The translations under genes and the position numbers were made by a program. Below are positions 44,535 through 54,243 of a DNA stretch of 64,000 nucleotides, piece by piece; within the stretch, counting starts at the first letter, position 1; each line of letters opens with the position of its first letter. The notes under the pieces are model-generated. The model saw only the letters and a list, made by a program, of their open reading frames with translations, was not told where the DNA came from and did not search any database. Location of the stretch: the NCBI GenBank assembly GCA_965231925.1, contig OZ246894.1, positions 2,491,384 to 2,555,383 of the forward strand. Direction: 5' to 3'. This DNA comes from Acidimicrobiales bacterium (GTDB taxonomy: Bacteria; Actinomycetota; Acidimicrobiia; Acidimicrobiales; Poriferisodalaceae).

Positions 44535-47426
44535 TCAGGAATCGAGGCGGTAGGCGTCTGCGTGAGGCTTCATCGGGCGCGCCAGCCACGTCGGGCGGCG
44601 GAGCCCGCCGGGACCGGGCGCCGGTCGTGTCATCGCGAGCCACTCCTCGTACGCGGCCCGGGCGCGCTGGGTATCGACCACGACGTCCCCATAGCGATCA
44701 CCGGGTTCGGCGGGTCCCACACGCACCCGCTGATGCCAGCACTGCATGCCCGAAATCGGGTCAGGCTGCACCGAGAACGTCAGGTTCTGGTGCACGCCCG
44801 TGTCGTTCCACCACACCCGCTCAGAATCGGGATCGTCAGAATCGAATGGCGACATCGACCCGGTGCGCCGGAGCTTCCACACTGTGCCGTCCCGCTGTAT
44901 TTCTGCGGGACCACCGGCCCACGACCTGGGTCGGGCGGCATCAGCAGGGTCTCTCGCTTGCGGCTCAGCCTCTCGCTCGGTTGCGGGGTCGAGCCGCCAA
45001 CGGCCCATGTGGTGCGAGGCCGCCACAACACCTGGGCGAATGCCCTCGGTCCGCCATGCCGAGATGACGAAATGGCCGATGCGGGTGCTGATCCGCACGA
45101 GGCCTCCCATCTCGATGCCGAGCGCTTCGGCATCTGAGGGGTGGATCCACAAAGGATGTCGGTGGCTGATCTCTGCCAGCCACTTGGCGTTCGCCGACCT
45201 GGTGTGGATGAGTGTCGGAATGCGGAACGTCGGCACCAGAATCCGCTCGTCGCCGGCAAGATCCAACCGCTGCCAGTGCACGTGGCTGGGAATCCAGCCA
45301 GGTGTCGCGTGCTCGGGCCAGCCCCACTCGGCCAACGTCGTGGAGTACAGCTCGAGCTTGCGCGACGGCGTCGGGAACCCTTGACGGGCCGCTCCCGCGA
45401 CCTGCACCGCCACTGAACCGTCCCCGAGCGGGGGCAACGACATGCCAGCGCCACGGACCGAGTCGCGCACCGGCCGGTAGACTGCGTCATCGCCGAGCGC
45501 GGTGCCGGTCAGCTGCGGTGGCTGCACGACGCGCTCGTGGTGACCGTAGGGATCGCCTCGCACGGCGTAGGCCCCGCGATCGCGCATGAACTCGAGCGGT
45601 GACTGGCCCGCAGCCGCAGCGTCGTCGGCCAAGCCCGGTACCTCGTCGGTGAAGATCGCTTCGTAGTACTCGTCGATGCTGATGGGCTCGCCGGGCCGCG
45701 ACGGGCTCTCGAACCACTGGCGGATGCCGAGCGAGCCATCGGGATCGATCCGCCACGACAGGTCGATCCAGAACTCGTTCTCCTCCCAGACCTCGCCCGG
45801 ATTGAACTCGTGAGTGCGCGTGTCGGGGCCGAGTTCGCGGCCGCGCAGTTCCGCATACCGGCGCATGACCGGTTGACGGAAGCCCAGCCATTGGCCTGCG
45901 TGGGTCTCAAACGACGCCAGGTCGTGGCGTTCGGAGCCGACGCCCATCGGCAGCACGAAGTCGGCGAACCATGCTGTCTCCGACCACGTCGGCGTCAGTG
46001 CAACGTGGCAGCCGACCCGCTCGGGGTCGCTCAGCGCTTCCAGCCAGCTGAACCCGTCAGGGTTCGTCCACACCGGGTTGTAGACGCGCGTGAAGTACGT
46101 GTCGAGTTTGCCCCTGCCTTCTCGCAGGAAGTGCGGCAGCAGGATCGACATCTCGTGGTGGCTGAGCGGGTATTCACGCGGCCACGACATCTCGTTCCAG
46201 TGCTCGACCGGCGGCGGACGCAGCGGCGGCGCCGGCTTCATCTTGTGCCAGCCCGCGCCTGTCGTGCCCCCCACCGTGCCAACCGACCCGGTGAGCACAT
46301 TGAGCAGGAAGAGGCAGCGGGCGGTCTGCCAGCCGCCCAGATTGCCGGCCCCCGCGGCACGCCAGTTATGGGATGCGAAACGGCCGTGCGCCCCGCCGAT
46401 GGCGTGCGCGATCTCGCGCAGTTCGTCCGCGTCCACCCCGCACAGTTCTGCTGCCCGCTCGGGGGTGTACTGCGCATACGCGTCGCGCAGGGCCACTTCG
46501 ACCGACTCGAACGTCGGCGGCAGGTCAGGTCGGGTCTGGGCCAGGTAGGTCTGCCAATTCGTCCAGCGATGAACGAAGGCGCGGTCCCACGTACCGGCTT
46601 CGAGCAAGAGGTGGGTCAGGCTCAGCAGAAGGACCGGCTCGGTGCCGGGCCACGCCGGCAGCCAGTGGTCGGCCTTGGCGCCGGTATTGGACAGCCTCGG
46701 GTCGACACAGATGACCTTCGCCCCCCGTTGCTGGGCCTCGATGATGCGCTGAGCGTGCGGGTTGAAGTAGTGCCCCGCCTCGAGGTGGCTCGAGATCAGG
46801 AAGATGACCTCGGCATTGGCGAAGTCTGAGGAGGGCCGGTCATGCCCCATCCAGGTCGCGTAGCCCACCCGGGCGCTGGAGGAGCAGACGTTGGTGTGGC
46901 TGTTGTGCCCATCGATGCCCCACGCAACCAGCACACGCTCGGTGTACCCGTCCTCGCCCGGTCGGCCGACGTGGTACATGATCTCGTCGTGGCGGTCCTC
47001 GACGATGGCCGCTCGGATGCGGGCAGCGATCTCGGCCAGCGCCTCGTCCCAGCTCACCCGTTCCCATCCGCCCCCGCCGCGCTCGCCTGTCCGGCGCAGC
47101 GGGTACAGGATGCGCTCGGTGTCATGAACCTGGTTGATGGTGGCGGGACCCTTCGCGCAATTGCGTCCCCGGGATGCAGGGTGTTCGGGGTTCCCTTCGA
47201 AACGAGCGACTTCATCGGTGTCGCGGTCGATGTAGGCGACCAGGCCGCACGCCGCTTCGCAGTTGAAACAGGTCGTGGGCACCAGCGTGTAGTTGCGTTC
47301 CTTGCGCTGCGGCCACGAGGCGGCGTCGAGTTCGGTCCAGTGATGCCACTGCGCGTGCGGCGGCGCAGCCGACAATCCCGATGCTTGAGGCGGCACGCCC
47401 GCTCCCGTCTGCTCCGGTGCCGTCAC
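44535..47426 (-). CDS. Molybdopterin (bis-MGD) oxidoreductase catalytic subunit, DMSO-reductase/CISM superfamily
   Basis: GTG 47426 overlaps the upstream stop (GTGA). N-terminal Fe-S motif CFNCEAACGL...27 aa...C. No RR Tat motif in the N-terminus VTAPEQTGAGVPPQ.... The track's 5' extension to 48044 overlaps the membrane-domain coding sequence out of frame. Confidence 0.8.
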   Translation of the reverse strand: MTAPEQTGAGVPPQASGLSAAPPHAQWHHWTELDAASWPQRKERNYTLVPTTCFNCEAACGLVAYIDRDTDEVARFEGNPEHPASRGRNCAKGPATINQVHDTERILYPLRRTGERGGGGWERVSWDEALAEIAARIRAAIVEDRHDEIMYHVGRPGEDGYTERVLVAWGIDGHNSHTNVCSSSARVGYATWMGHDRPSSDFANAEVIFLISSHLEAGHYFNPHAQRIIEAQQRGAKVICVDPRLSNTGAKADHWLPAWPGTEPVLLLSLTHLLLEAGTWDRAFVHRWTNWQTYLAQTRPDLPPTFESVEVALRDAYAQYTPERAAELCGVDADELREIAHAIGGAHGRFASHNWRAAGAGNLGGWQTARCLFLLNVLTGSVGTVGGTTGAGWHKMKPAPPLRPPPVEHWNEMSWPREYPLSHHEMSILLPHFLREGRGKLDTYFTRVYNPVWTNPDGFSWLEALSDPERVGCHVALTPTWSETAWFADFVLPMGVGSERHDLASFETHAGQWLGFRQPVMRRYAELRGRELGPDTRTHEFNPGEVWEENEFWIDLSWRIDPDGSLGIRQWFESPSRPGEPISIDEYYEAIFTDEVPGLADDAAAAGQSPLEFMRDRGAYAVRGDPYGHHERVVQPPQLTGTALGDDAVYRPVRDSVRGAGMSLPPLGDGSVAVQVAGAARQGFPTPSRKLELYSTTLAEWGWPEHATPGWIPSHVHWQRLDLAGDERILVPTFRIPTLIHTRSANAKWLAEISHRHPLWIHPSDAEALGIEMGGLVRISTRIGHFVISAWRTEGIRPGVVAASHHMGRWRLDPATEREAEPQARDPADAARPRSWAGGPAEIQRDGTVWKLRRTGSMSPFDSDDPDSERVWWNDTGVHQNLTFSVQPDPISGMQCWHQRVRVGPAEPGDRYGDVVVDTQRARAAYEEWLAMTRPAPGPGGLRRPTWLARPMKPHADAYRLDS

Positions 47427-48736
47427 GACAGCGGTACCGCCTGGGCCGCACGCAGGTACTCCCGGTCGTGCCGCCACAGCCATGCCAGGACTCCCGCAGC
47501 GACCACCGGGACCCAGGCGAAGATCGCCGCGTTTGCCCTCACGGCCAGGAAGGCTCCCCACACCGCGCCGCCTCCCAGCACGGCTTCGCCGACCAGCCGG
47601 CCGATGAGCGCGAGAACGGGGCGGTCCGCCCACATCACGCGTCCCCGGCACTGGCGCAGCAACAACGCGGTATAGGCAGCGGTCATCAGCGAGAACAACA
47701 CCGTCGGGCCGATCAGCACCACAAACCAGGCGGAACCCCCCCAGAGGCCGGCGATGCCCCACAGCGTGACCAACATCGCGTCGGCCATGATCACCCACGC
47801 ACCTGCGGTGATCCAGCTGCGAAGCCGTCCCTTGGCGAACAGGTACCAGAAGCGCTCGGGCCGCTTCAGATCTGCGATGAGCAAGACGCCCGTCACCGCC
47901 AGCGCGACCAGGGCGATCACGGCTGGACCAGTGGCGACTGCAGCACGGTCGTCCCAGCCCAGCAGCGCGGCGGCAGCAGCCCACAGCATCACACCTGCGG
48001 CCACACCCTTGGTGACCATGTAGCCGGCCACCTTGGCGCCCCAAGGCTCGTCATGGGCCACCGTGTAGGCGGTGCGTGCGGCCGGCGCAGGGCTCGACGT
48101 GGCCGGCCAGGCTGCGCTGCCGGTCCAATCGGCCCAGATCAGCCCGTCGTCGGCCACGGGGCGGGCCAGCGGATCCAAGGCCTCGGGCACCGTGCCCGCG
48201 TAGTGCACCTTCGGGAGGGTGCGGCGCTCGGGCGCCCGCACCGGCAGCTCCTCGCGCTGGATTCGAACGGCGGCTGCATCATCGGGGTCGTCGTGATCGA
48301 CCACCGTGATGGCTCGCGTCGGGCACACGCTCACGCATGACGGCTCCAAACCGACCTCCAGCCGGTGCTGGCAAAAGTTGCATTTGTGCGCAGTTCCGGT
48401 CGCCGGCGAGATGTACAGCGCGTCGTACGGGCATGCGTTCATGCAGCCCTTGCAGCCGATGCAGCGGGAATCGTCGAAGTCCACGACGCCGTTGGAGGCC
48501 CGCAACAGCGCACCGGTCGGGCAGATCTCGATGCAGGGGGCATCGTCGCAGTGGTTGCAGCGCATCACGGCGAAGTGCCGCTGCGTCTGGGGAAACTCGC
48601 CGGTCTCGACGTAGTTCACCCACGTCCGGTTGACGCCGAGCGGCACGTCATGCTCGCTCTTGCATGCCACCGTGCACGCGTGGCAGCCAATGCACGCGCC
48701 GCTGTCCAGCAGGAACCCCAAGCGCGTCACAGCCAT
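47423..48736 (-). CDS. Four-cluster 4Fe-4S ferredoxin subunit fused to a polytopic (NrfD/DmsC-like) membrane anchor
   Basis: CIGCHACTVAC, CNHCDDAPC, CIGCKGCMNAC and CNFCQHR....C..VCP, followed by ~6 hydrophobic helices. Confidence 0.75.
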   Translation of the reverse strand: MAVTRLGFLLDSGACIGCHACTVACKSEHDVPLGVNRTWVNYVETGEFPQTQRHFAVMRCNHCDDAPCIEICPTGALLRASNGVVDFDDSRCIGCKGCMNACPYDALYISPATGTAHKCNFCQHRLEVGLEPSCVSVCPTRAITVVDHDDPDDAAAVRIQREELPVRAPERRTLPKVHYAGTVPEALDPLARPVADDGLIWADWTGSAAWPATSSPAPAARTAYTVAHDEPWGAKVAGYMVTKGVAAGVMLWAAAAALLGWDDRAAVATGPAVIALVALAVTGVLLIADLKRPERFWYLFAKGRLRSWITAGAWVIMADAMLVTLWGIAGLWGGSAWFVVLIGPTVLFSLMTAAYTALLLRQCRGRVMWADRPVLALIGRLVGEAVLGGGAVWGAFLAVRANAAIFAWVPVVAAGVLAWLWRHDREYLRAAQAVPLS

Positions 48737-48879
48737 ACATTCTCACAGCTGATCACCAGTTCGAAGCACTCCATTGCGCAGCCGCACCCGGCACCGGCGC
48801 TTTCCAGCCGTGCGCGCGCGGATTACCGACCGGCACTCGCGGCGCGCCTAACGTGGCACGGGACAGATCAGGGGGACAC

Positions 48880-50124
48880 ATGAGCGATGACGCGGCCAAC
48901 GGCACCGCCGACGGCGATGAGATCATCCGCCTGAGCGAGGTGTACAAGATCTTCGGGCCGCAGCCGAGAGGCCGCGCCTTCGAGTTGGCCCGTTCAGGCG
49001 TTCCCAAGAATGATGTGCAGCGGCTCTCGGGTCACGTGGTCGGGCTCACCGACGTGAGCTTCTCGGTCAATCGGGGCGAGATCTTCGTCGTGATGGGCCT
49101 GTCCGGCTCTGGAAAGTCGACCGCCATCCGGACGGTGAACAAGCTGCACGACGTGACCCACGGCGAGGTGATCGTGGACGGTGTCGATGTCCAAAAGCTC
49201 GACGGCACCGACCTGCAGGTGTTTCGGCGGGAGAAGATGGGTATGGTCTTCCAGCACTTCGCCCTGTTCCCGCACCGAAGCGTCATCGACAACGTCGGCT
49301 ACGGCCTCAAGGTGCAAAAGGTCGACCGTTCGGACCGGAACGAAGCAGCGATGCGGGCACTCTCGCTGGTGGGCCTCGCCGCATTCGCCGAGCATCGGCC
49401 GGCTCAGCTCTCAGGGGGCATGCAGCAGCGCGTCGGATTGGCGCGGGCGCTCGCCTCAGACCCCGACATCCTGCTCATGGACGAGGCGTTCAGCGCGCTC
49501 GATCCCCTCATCAGGCGTCAGATGCAGGACGAGATGATGGAGATCCAAGACGAGGTTCATAAGACGATCCTGTTCATCACGCACGACCTCAACGAAGCGC
49601 TGCGCATCGGCGACCGGGTCTGCATCATGAAAGACGGTGCCGTTGTGCAGATCGGCACCCCTGAGGAGATCCTCACCGAACCGGCGACCGGCTACGTGGC
49701 CGAATTCGTTCAGGACGTCGACCAAGGGCGTGTGATCAAGGCACACGAGGTCATGTCCCAGCCGAGGCCGATCCCGTCCGACATCTCGCTCAGCGATGCA
49801 CTCACCCTCTGTCAGGACATCGCCGGCCGCTTCTGTTGCGATTCGTCAGGCAAGCCGGTCTCACTGCTGACGGCAGCCGACGGCCTGCGCGCACGCGGCA
49901 TGGGCAGCAACGACCTCAAGAAGGCACTGCGCTCCGATTTCGACAAGTGCAGCCCGGATGCCACGTTGAATGAGCTCTACGCAGCAGCCGGACGTGGCCT
50001 CTCGATTGCGGTCGTCGACGATGACGGCACGCTCGTCGGCAATCTGGATCCCCGTCTCATCATGGAGGAAATGGGCAGGGTTGAGCAGCTCATAGACGGC
50101 TTCGAGCGGGAGGTGTTCATGTGA
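48880..50124 (+). CDS. proV: Glycine betaine/proline-type ABC transporter ATPase with C-terminal tandem CBS domains
   Basis: GLSGSGKST, LSGGMQQRVGLARAL, LLMDEAFSALD. ATG 48880. Confidence 0.85.
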   Translation: MSDDAANGTADGDEIIRLSEVYKIFGPQPRGRAFELARSGVPKNDVQRLSGHVVGLTDVSFSVNRGEIFVVMGLSGSGKSTAIRTVNKLHDVTHGEVIVDGVDVQKLDGTDLQVFRREKMGMVFQHFALFPHRSVIDNVGYGLKVQKVDRSDRNEAAMRALSLVGLAAFAEHRPAQLSGGMQQRVGLARALASDPDILLMDEAFSALDPLIRRQMQDEMMEIQDEVHKTILFITHDLNEALRIGDRVCIMKDGAVVQIGTPEEILTEPATGYVAEFVQDVDQGRVIKAHEVMSQPRPIPSDISLSDALTLCQDIAGRFCCDSSGKPVSLLTAADGLRARGMGSNDLKKALRSDFDKCSPDATLNELYAAAGRGLSIAVVDDDGTLVGNLDPRLIMEEMGRVEQLIDGFEREVFM

Positions 50125-52769
50125 GCGCCGCCATGCTTCTCGCGCAGGCCAACGGCGAAGAAGCGGACGAGTCTGGCCATTTTCTCGACGGCTTCCTCGA
50201 CACCGTCACAAGTCCCGAAGCCGGCGACCGCCTCGCCGATTGGCTCACGACCGGCATCGAGTGGGCCTTCCTGCTGGCGATCTTCATCATTCCGGCGCTG
50301 CTGCTGTTCGGCGGCGCCATCGGGCGCCGGTACGGGCTCGCAGCGGGCGGTCTCGTCGGCCTCGTTGCCGTCGGCTGGTACCGCTTGCGCTCTGAGACGC
50401 TCATTGCCTCAGGCACCCACCCGTACACGGTCGACGGGGAGCGGGTCGAATGCCGTGACGCCATCGTCGACAGCGAAGGGGGACTCATCGACTGTACGTC
50501 GGGGGTCGTCGCACAAGTCCGGCAGAACACAGTGCTGGACAACTGGGGCATCCCCGTCGGCGAATGGGTCGAGCAAGTCGTCTTCTGGGTGGACAACAAC
50601 ATGAAGTCCACACTTGAACTCATCGAGTGGCCTTTCGCCAAGCTCCTGAACATCATCGTCGATCAGTGGCTGCTGCAGATGTCGTGGCTGACGGTGTGCA
50701 TCGCTGTATTCCTGCTCGGCTGGCTGGTGAGGAACTTCCAGGTCGGACTCCTGTCGTTCCTCGGCTTGATGATCTGCGGCCTGCTCGGCGAGGAGCTGTG
50801 GCGAGAAACCGCACTGACGATCGGCTTCATCGGCGTAGCCGTATTGCTCTGCGTGATCATCGGGATACCGATCGGCGTGCTCTGCGGGCGGGTCGATGGC
50901 GCTTGGAAGGTGGTGCGGCCCGTTCTCGACGCGATGCAAGTCGTCCACTCGTTCGTGTACATGCTGCCGTTCATCTTCTTCTTCGGCGTCGGCTTTGTCT
51001 CGGCGACGATGGTCACGATGACGTTCGCTCTGCCGCCCTTGATCCGGCTGACGAACCTCGGCATCAGGCAGGTGCCCGAGGACGTGGTGGAAGCGTCCCG
51101 TGCCTACGGCGCGCCGGAGTGGCGTGTCCTGACAGATGTACAGCTGCCGCTGGCGCGTCCCGCGATCATGACGGGCCTGAACCAAACGCTGCTGCTGGCG
51201 ATCTCGATGCTCGGCATCGCAGCCATCATGGGCGCAGGCGGCCTCGGACGCTGCCTCTTCCAGGCCATCTCGAACCTCGACCTCGCCCAGGCCGGCTCGT
51301 GCGGCCTCGCATTCTTCCTGGTTGCGGTTGTGCTCGACCGGCTGAGCCAGCCCGAGGCAGGCGAGTCCGGGAACCTGCTGAGCCGCATTACTCACGCATG
51401 GAGGAATCGTAGGACTCCGGAGAAACTGCTGATCGAAGCCGAAGCTGCGGGTTCGGCAGGAGCAACTCCCGAACCTGAATCCGAGGAGCCAGACGAGGCT
51501 TACGTGGCGGCGGGAAGCGGCGAGCGGACTGCAGTGATGGTCACTGCGCTGGGCTCGCTCCTCGCTCTGGTTGCGCTTCTGCTGCCGTGGAACGCCGATG
51601 CCGGCTTGGTTTCGGCATACGCCCGCAGCGTCGATGTCGACTTGCGGACCCAAGAGTGCTCCGGCGACTGGATCGAGCTGCGATCGCTCGACCCGCTGGC
51701 CCCCGGCGGGACCGACGTGATCTGCGACGGCACCACGACGTACAACTCCCACAGCTTCAACGGCATCTCGGCGTCGGGCGGTTCGTGGTTCGGCATCTTC
51801 ATCGCGTTGATGATGGCCGCAGCGTTGCTTGCCGCCCTCAACACACTGTCTCGGCCGGGGCAGGGATCTCGCTGGATGTCTGCGCATGGCGCCGTGGTGT
51901 TCTCGCTCGCCTCACTCGTCACGTCTGCCGCGTACCTAGGGGCCAGACCTCCCGACAGAGTCCAGGAACTGGGGATCTTCAGCGTCGGCGTCGGCATCTA
52001 TCTTTGCGTCATCGGCGCGCTCGTCGCGACCGCCAGCGCATGCGTCTGGGTGTGGCGCGCGCCGATGAGCGCACGTCGGCCCTTGCCCGCCAACGTCGGC
52101 TGGGGGCGCTTGCTCGGCGGTCTGTTCTCAGTGTTGCTGCTGGTGATGGGCGGCTACTCAGGGTGGAGCTTCGACACCCGCACCGAGTCCGTCATCGACG
52201 ACGAGCTCCAGGCAGAGATCGACGCGATCCGGAGCTTTGGCGAGGACGCGGCGAAACGAGTGACGCTTGCCAGGGCGGCCGCCGAGGAAGCGGCCGCCGC
52301 AGGCGATGTCGAACTCGAACGGGAGTGGCGCAAGAAGGAAAGCGACGCCCAAAAGGACGAGACTGCGGCCTCCGCGAACATCGCCAGCACCATCGCGACG
52401 GCGAAACGCACCGGCGACGTCATCCACGACGGCTTCGAATCCGAAGGTGCCGGCCTTGGAATCTGGACGCTGATCGCCGGCGCGGCTGCGCTCGCGCTGT
52501 CTATCCCGGCCATCGGATTGCTCGGCATCGACGAGTCATTCCGTTATCGCTGGAGCACGCTCGTGGCTGGCGTAGGGCTCGGCATCGCAGTCGTGTCGAT
52601 TGCGTGGATCGTGACCATCGTGCGCGTTGCCGACACCAACTTTGTTTCCGGTGTCGGCTCGGTGTTCGTCCTCACCGCCGGCGTGACCATATTTGCCACG
52701 TCCCGCGGAACCCTGTCCGAGTTTGAGCGGAACAAGGTCTACGGGGACATACCTGCCAACTCGGGCTGA
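50121..52769 (+). CDS. proW: Betaine-type ABC permease (ProW/OpuAB-like) with N-terminal and very long C-terminal membrane extensions
   Basis: GTGA overlap with proV. Permease core includes IPVGEWVEQVVFWV and the EAA-like EASRAYGAPEWRVLTDVQLPLARPAIMTG. About 470 extra C-terminal residues carry further hydrophobic segments and a charged helical region. Confidence 0.8.
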   Translation: MSAAMLLAQANGEEADESGHFLDGFLDTVTSPEAGDRLADWLTTGIEWAFLLAIFIIPALLLFGGAIGRRYGLAAGGLVGLVAVGWYRLRSETLIASGTHPYTVDGERVECRDAIVDSEGGLIDCTSGVVAQVRQNTVLDNWGIPVGEWVEQVVFWVDNNMKSTLELIEWPFAKLLNIIVDQWLLQMSWLTVCIAVFLLGWLVRNFQVGLLSFLGLMICGLLGEELWRETALTIGFIGVAVLLCVIIGIPIGVLCGRVDGAWKVVRPVLDAMQVVHSFVYMLPFIFFFGVGFVSATMVTMTFALPPLIRLTNLGIRQVPEDVVEASRAYGAPEWRVLTDVQLPLARPAIMTGLNQTLLLAISMLGIAAIMGAGGLGRCLFQAISNLDLAQAGSCGLAFFLVAVVLDRLSQPEAGESGNLLSRITHAWRNRRTPEKLLIEAEAAGSAGATPEPESEEPDEAYVAAGSGERTAVMVTALGSLLALVALLLPWNADAGLVSAYARSVDVDLRTQECSGDWIELRSLDPLAPGGTDVICDGTTTYNSHSFNGISASGGSWFGIFIALMMAAALLAALNTLSRPGQGSRWMSAHGAVVFSLASLVTSAAYLGARPPDRVQELGIFSVGVGIYLCVIGALVATASACVWVWRAPMSARRPLPANVGWGRLLGGLFSVLLLVMGGYSGWSFDTRTESVIDDELQAEIDAIRSFGEDAAKRVTLARAAAEEAAAAGDVELEREWRKKESDAQKDETAASANIASTIATAKRTGDVIHDGFESEGAGLGIWTLIAGAAALALSIPAIGLLGIDESFRYRWSTLVAGVGLGIAVVSIAWIVTIVRVADTNFVSGVGSVFVLTAGVTIFATSRGTLSEFERNKVYGDIPANSG

Positions 52770-52961
52770 ACATTGGACCGGGACGTGCACAGTTCTCCGA
52801 ACATGTACGCGCGGTCTAGGGTTTTGGGGCGCGCATGGACCGCGACTACGCTGCCACCCAAGGAGCCCTCGTCGAGCCGGGCGAACGGCGCCGCACATGC
52901 GTGGCCGCGAAACGGCGCGCCGCGTGACGCAATCAGTCGCAGATCAGGGAGGATCTCCGAA

Positions 52962-54140
52962 ATGAAAACGAAACGATTGACAAAGCTGCTGCTGCTACTA
53001 GCGGCCTTCGCTCTGTTCGCCGCAGCGTGCGGCGATGACAGCGACGCCACTGCAGAAACCGAGGCGCCCGCCGCCACCACCGAAGCCATGGTCGAAGAGA
53101 TGTCGATGACCCCTGGTGAAGGTGTCAGCGTCACGATGGGCCGTGCCGACTGGAGCACCGGCTACTTCCAGGCGGAGCTCTACCGGCAGCTGCTGCAGGA
53201 GCTCGGCTACACGGTGAGCGACCCAGCCGAACTCGAGCTCGGGCCGAACAATGGCTACATCGCCATGGCTGAGGGTCAGATGGACTTCTGGGCCAACAGC
53301 TGGTACCCGGGCCACCTCGCGTGGCTGGCAGGCGAATTGCCTGACGGCTCGCTCGTCGGTGACCACCTCAGCATCGTCGGCGAGGAGATGGTCGCAGGCG
53401 GCCTGCAGGGCTTCCTCGTGACCAAGTCGTTCGCGGATGAGTTCGGCGTCTACACCATGGACCAGCTGAACGAGAATGCCGACGCTCTCGCAGCGTTCGA
53501 TGCAACCGACCCGGTTCCGGGCAACGGCATCGCGGACATCTTCGGTTGCCCCGAGTCGTGGACATGCGACAACATCATCACCAACCAGATCGCATTCAGC
53601 GGCTGGGACAACATCCAGCAGACCATCGCCGGGTACGACGCAATGTTCGCTCAGGCCGTTGACGCCGCCAATGAGGGCGTGCCGATGGTGGCCTACACTT
53701 GGACCCCGTCGGCGTACATCACCGAGTTGCGGCCGGGCGACAACGTCTACTGGATGGGTGTCAACGACATTCTCGACGACTCCAACCCGGCTGATCAGGA
53801 AGGCGGCGCCGAGCACGACCAGCGCGGTGAAGACGGCACTGGCGGCTTCGCGGCCATCGGCCCCGATCAGTGCCCGTCAGCGGCCGACCAGGAGAGCGGC
53901 CAGTGCAAGATCGGCTGGATCGCTGCTGACATCCTCGTCACAGCCAACAACGACTTCCTCGCTGCCAACCCGGCGGCGGCTGCCCTGCTCGAAGCAGTGA
54001 AGCTGTCGGTGATCGAGGTGTCGCTGGCCAATGTGGAGCAGGGTGAAGGCGCTGCTCCGGCCGACCTGGCTACTGACTGGATTGCCAACAACCGGGCCAC
54101 GGTCGACGCCTGGCTCGACGCGGCACGCGCCGCTGCGTAA
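52962..54140 (+). CDS. proX: Glycine betaine ABC transporter substrate-binding lipoprotein (ProX/OpuAC-like)
   Basis: ATG 52962. Signal/lipobox LLLLAAFALFAAAC. GYFQAELY...DFWANSWYPGH. Confidence 0.8.
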   Translation: MKTKRLTKLLLLLAAFALFAAACGDDSDATAETEAPAATTEAMVEEMSMTPGEGVSVTMGRADWSTGYFQAELYRQLLQELGYTVSDPAELELGPNNGYIAMAEGQMDFWANSWYPGHLAWLAGELPDGSLVGDHLSIVGEEMVAGGLQGFLVTKSFADEFGVYTMDQLNENADALAAFDATDPVPGNGIADIFGCPESWTCDNIITNQIAFSGWDNIQQTIAGYDAMFAQAVDAANEGVPMVAYTWTPSAYITELRPGDNVYWMGVNDILDDSNPADQEGGAEHDQRGEDGTGGFAAIGPDQCPSAADQESGQCKIGWIAADILVTANNDFLAANPAAAALLEAVKLSVIEVSLANVEQGEGAAPADLATDWIANNRATVDAWLDAARAAA

Positions 54141-54154
54141 GCACTTGCACGTAC

Positions 54155-54177
54155 CCGCTGGCCCTACGGGCTAGCGG
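54155..54177 (+). terminator. Hairpin CCGCTGGCCC-TAC-GGGCTAGCGG (10 bp including one G:U), 15 nt after the proX stop
   Basis: Paired manually. Confidence 0.4.
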
Positions 54178-54193
54178 CTGAAGCAGCACTCAA

Positions 54194-54227
54194 CTGAGGG
54201 TGCCGGGCCTCGGTCCGGCGCCCTCAG
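54194..54227. terminator. Hairpin CTGAGGGTGCCGG-GCCTCGGT-CCGGCGCCCTCAG (13 bp, one G:U on the plus strand) in the convergent gap
   Basis: Paired manually. Lies 17 nt from the SDR stop (54244). Confidence 0.4.
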
Positions 54228-54243
54228 CGCGTCAGCGCAAACC

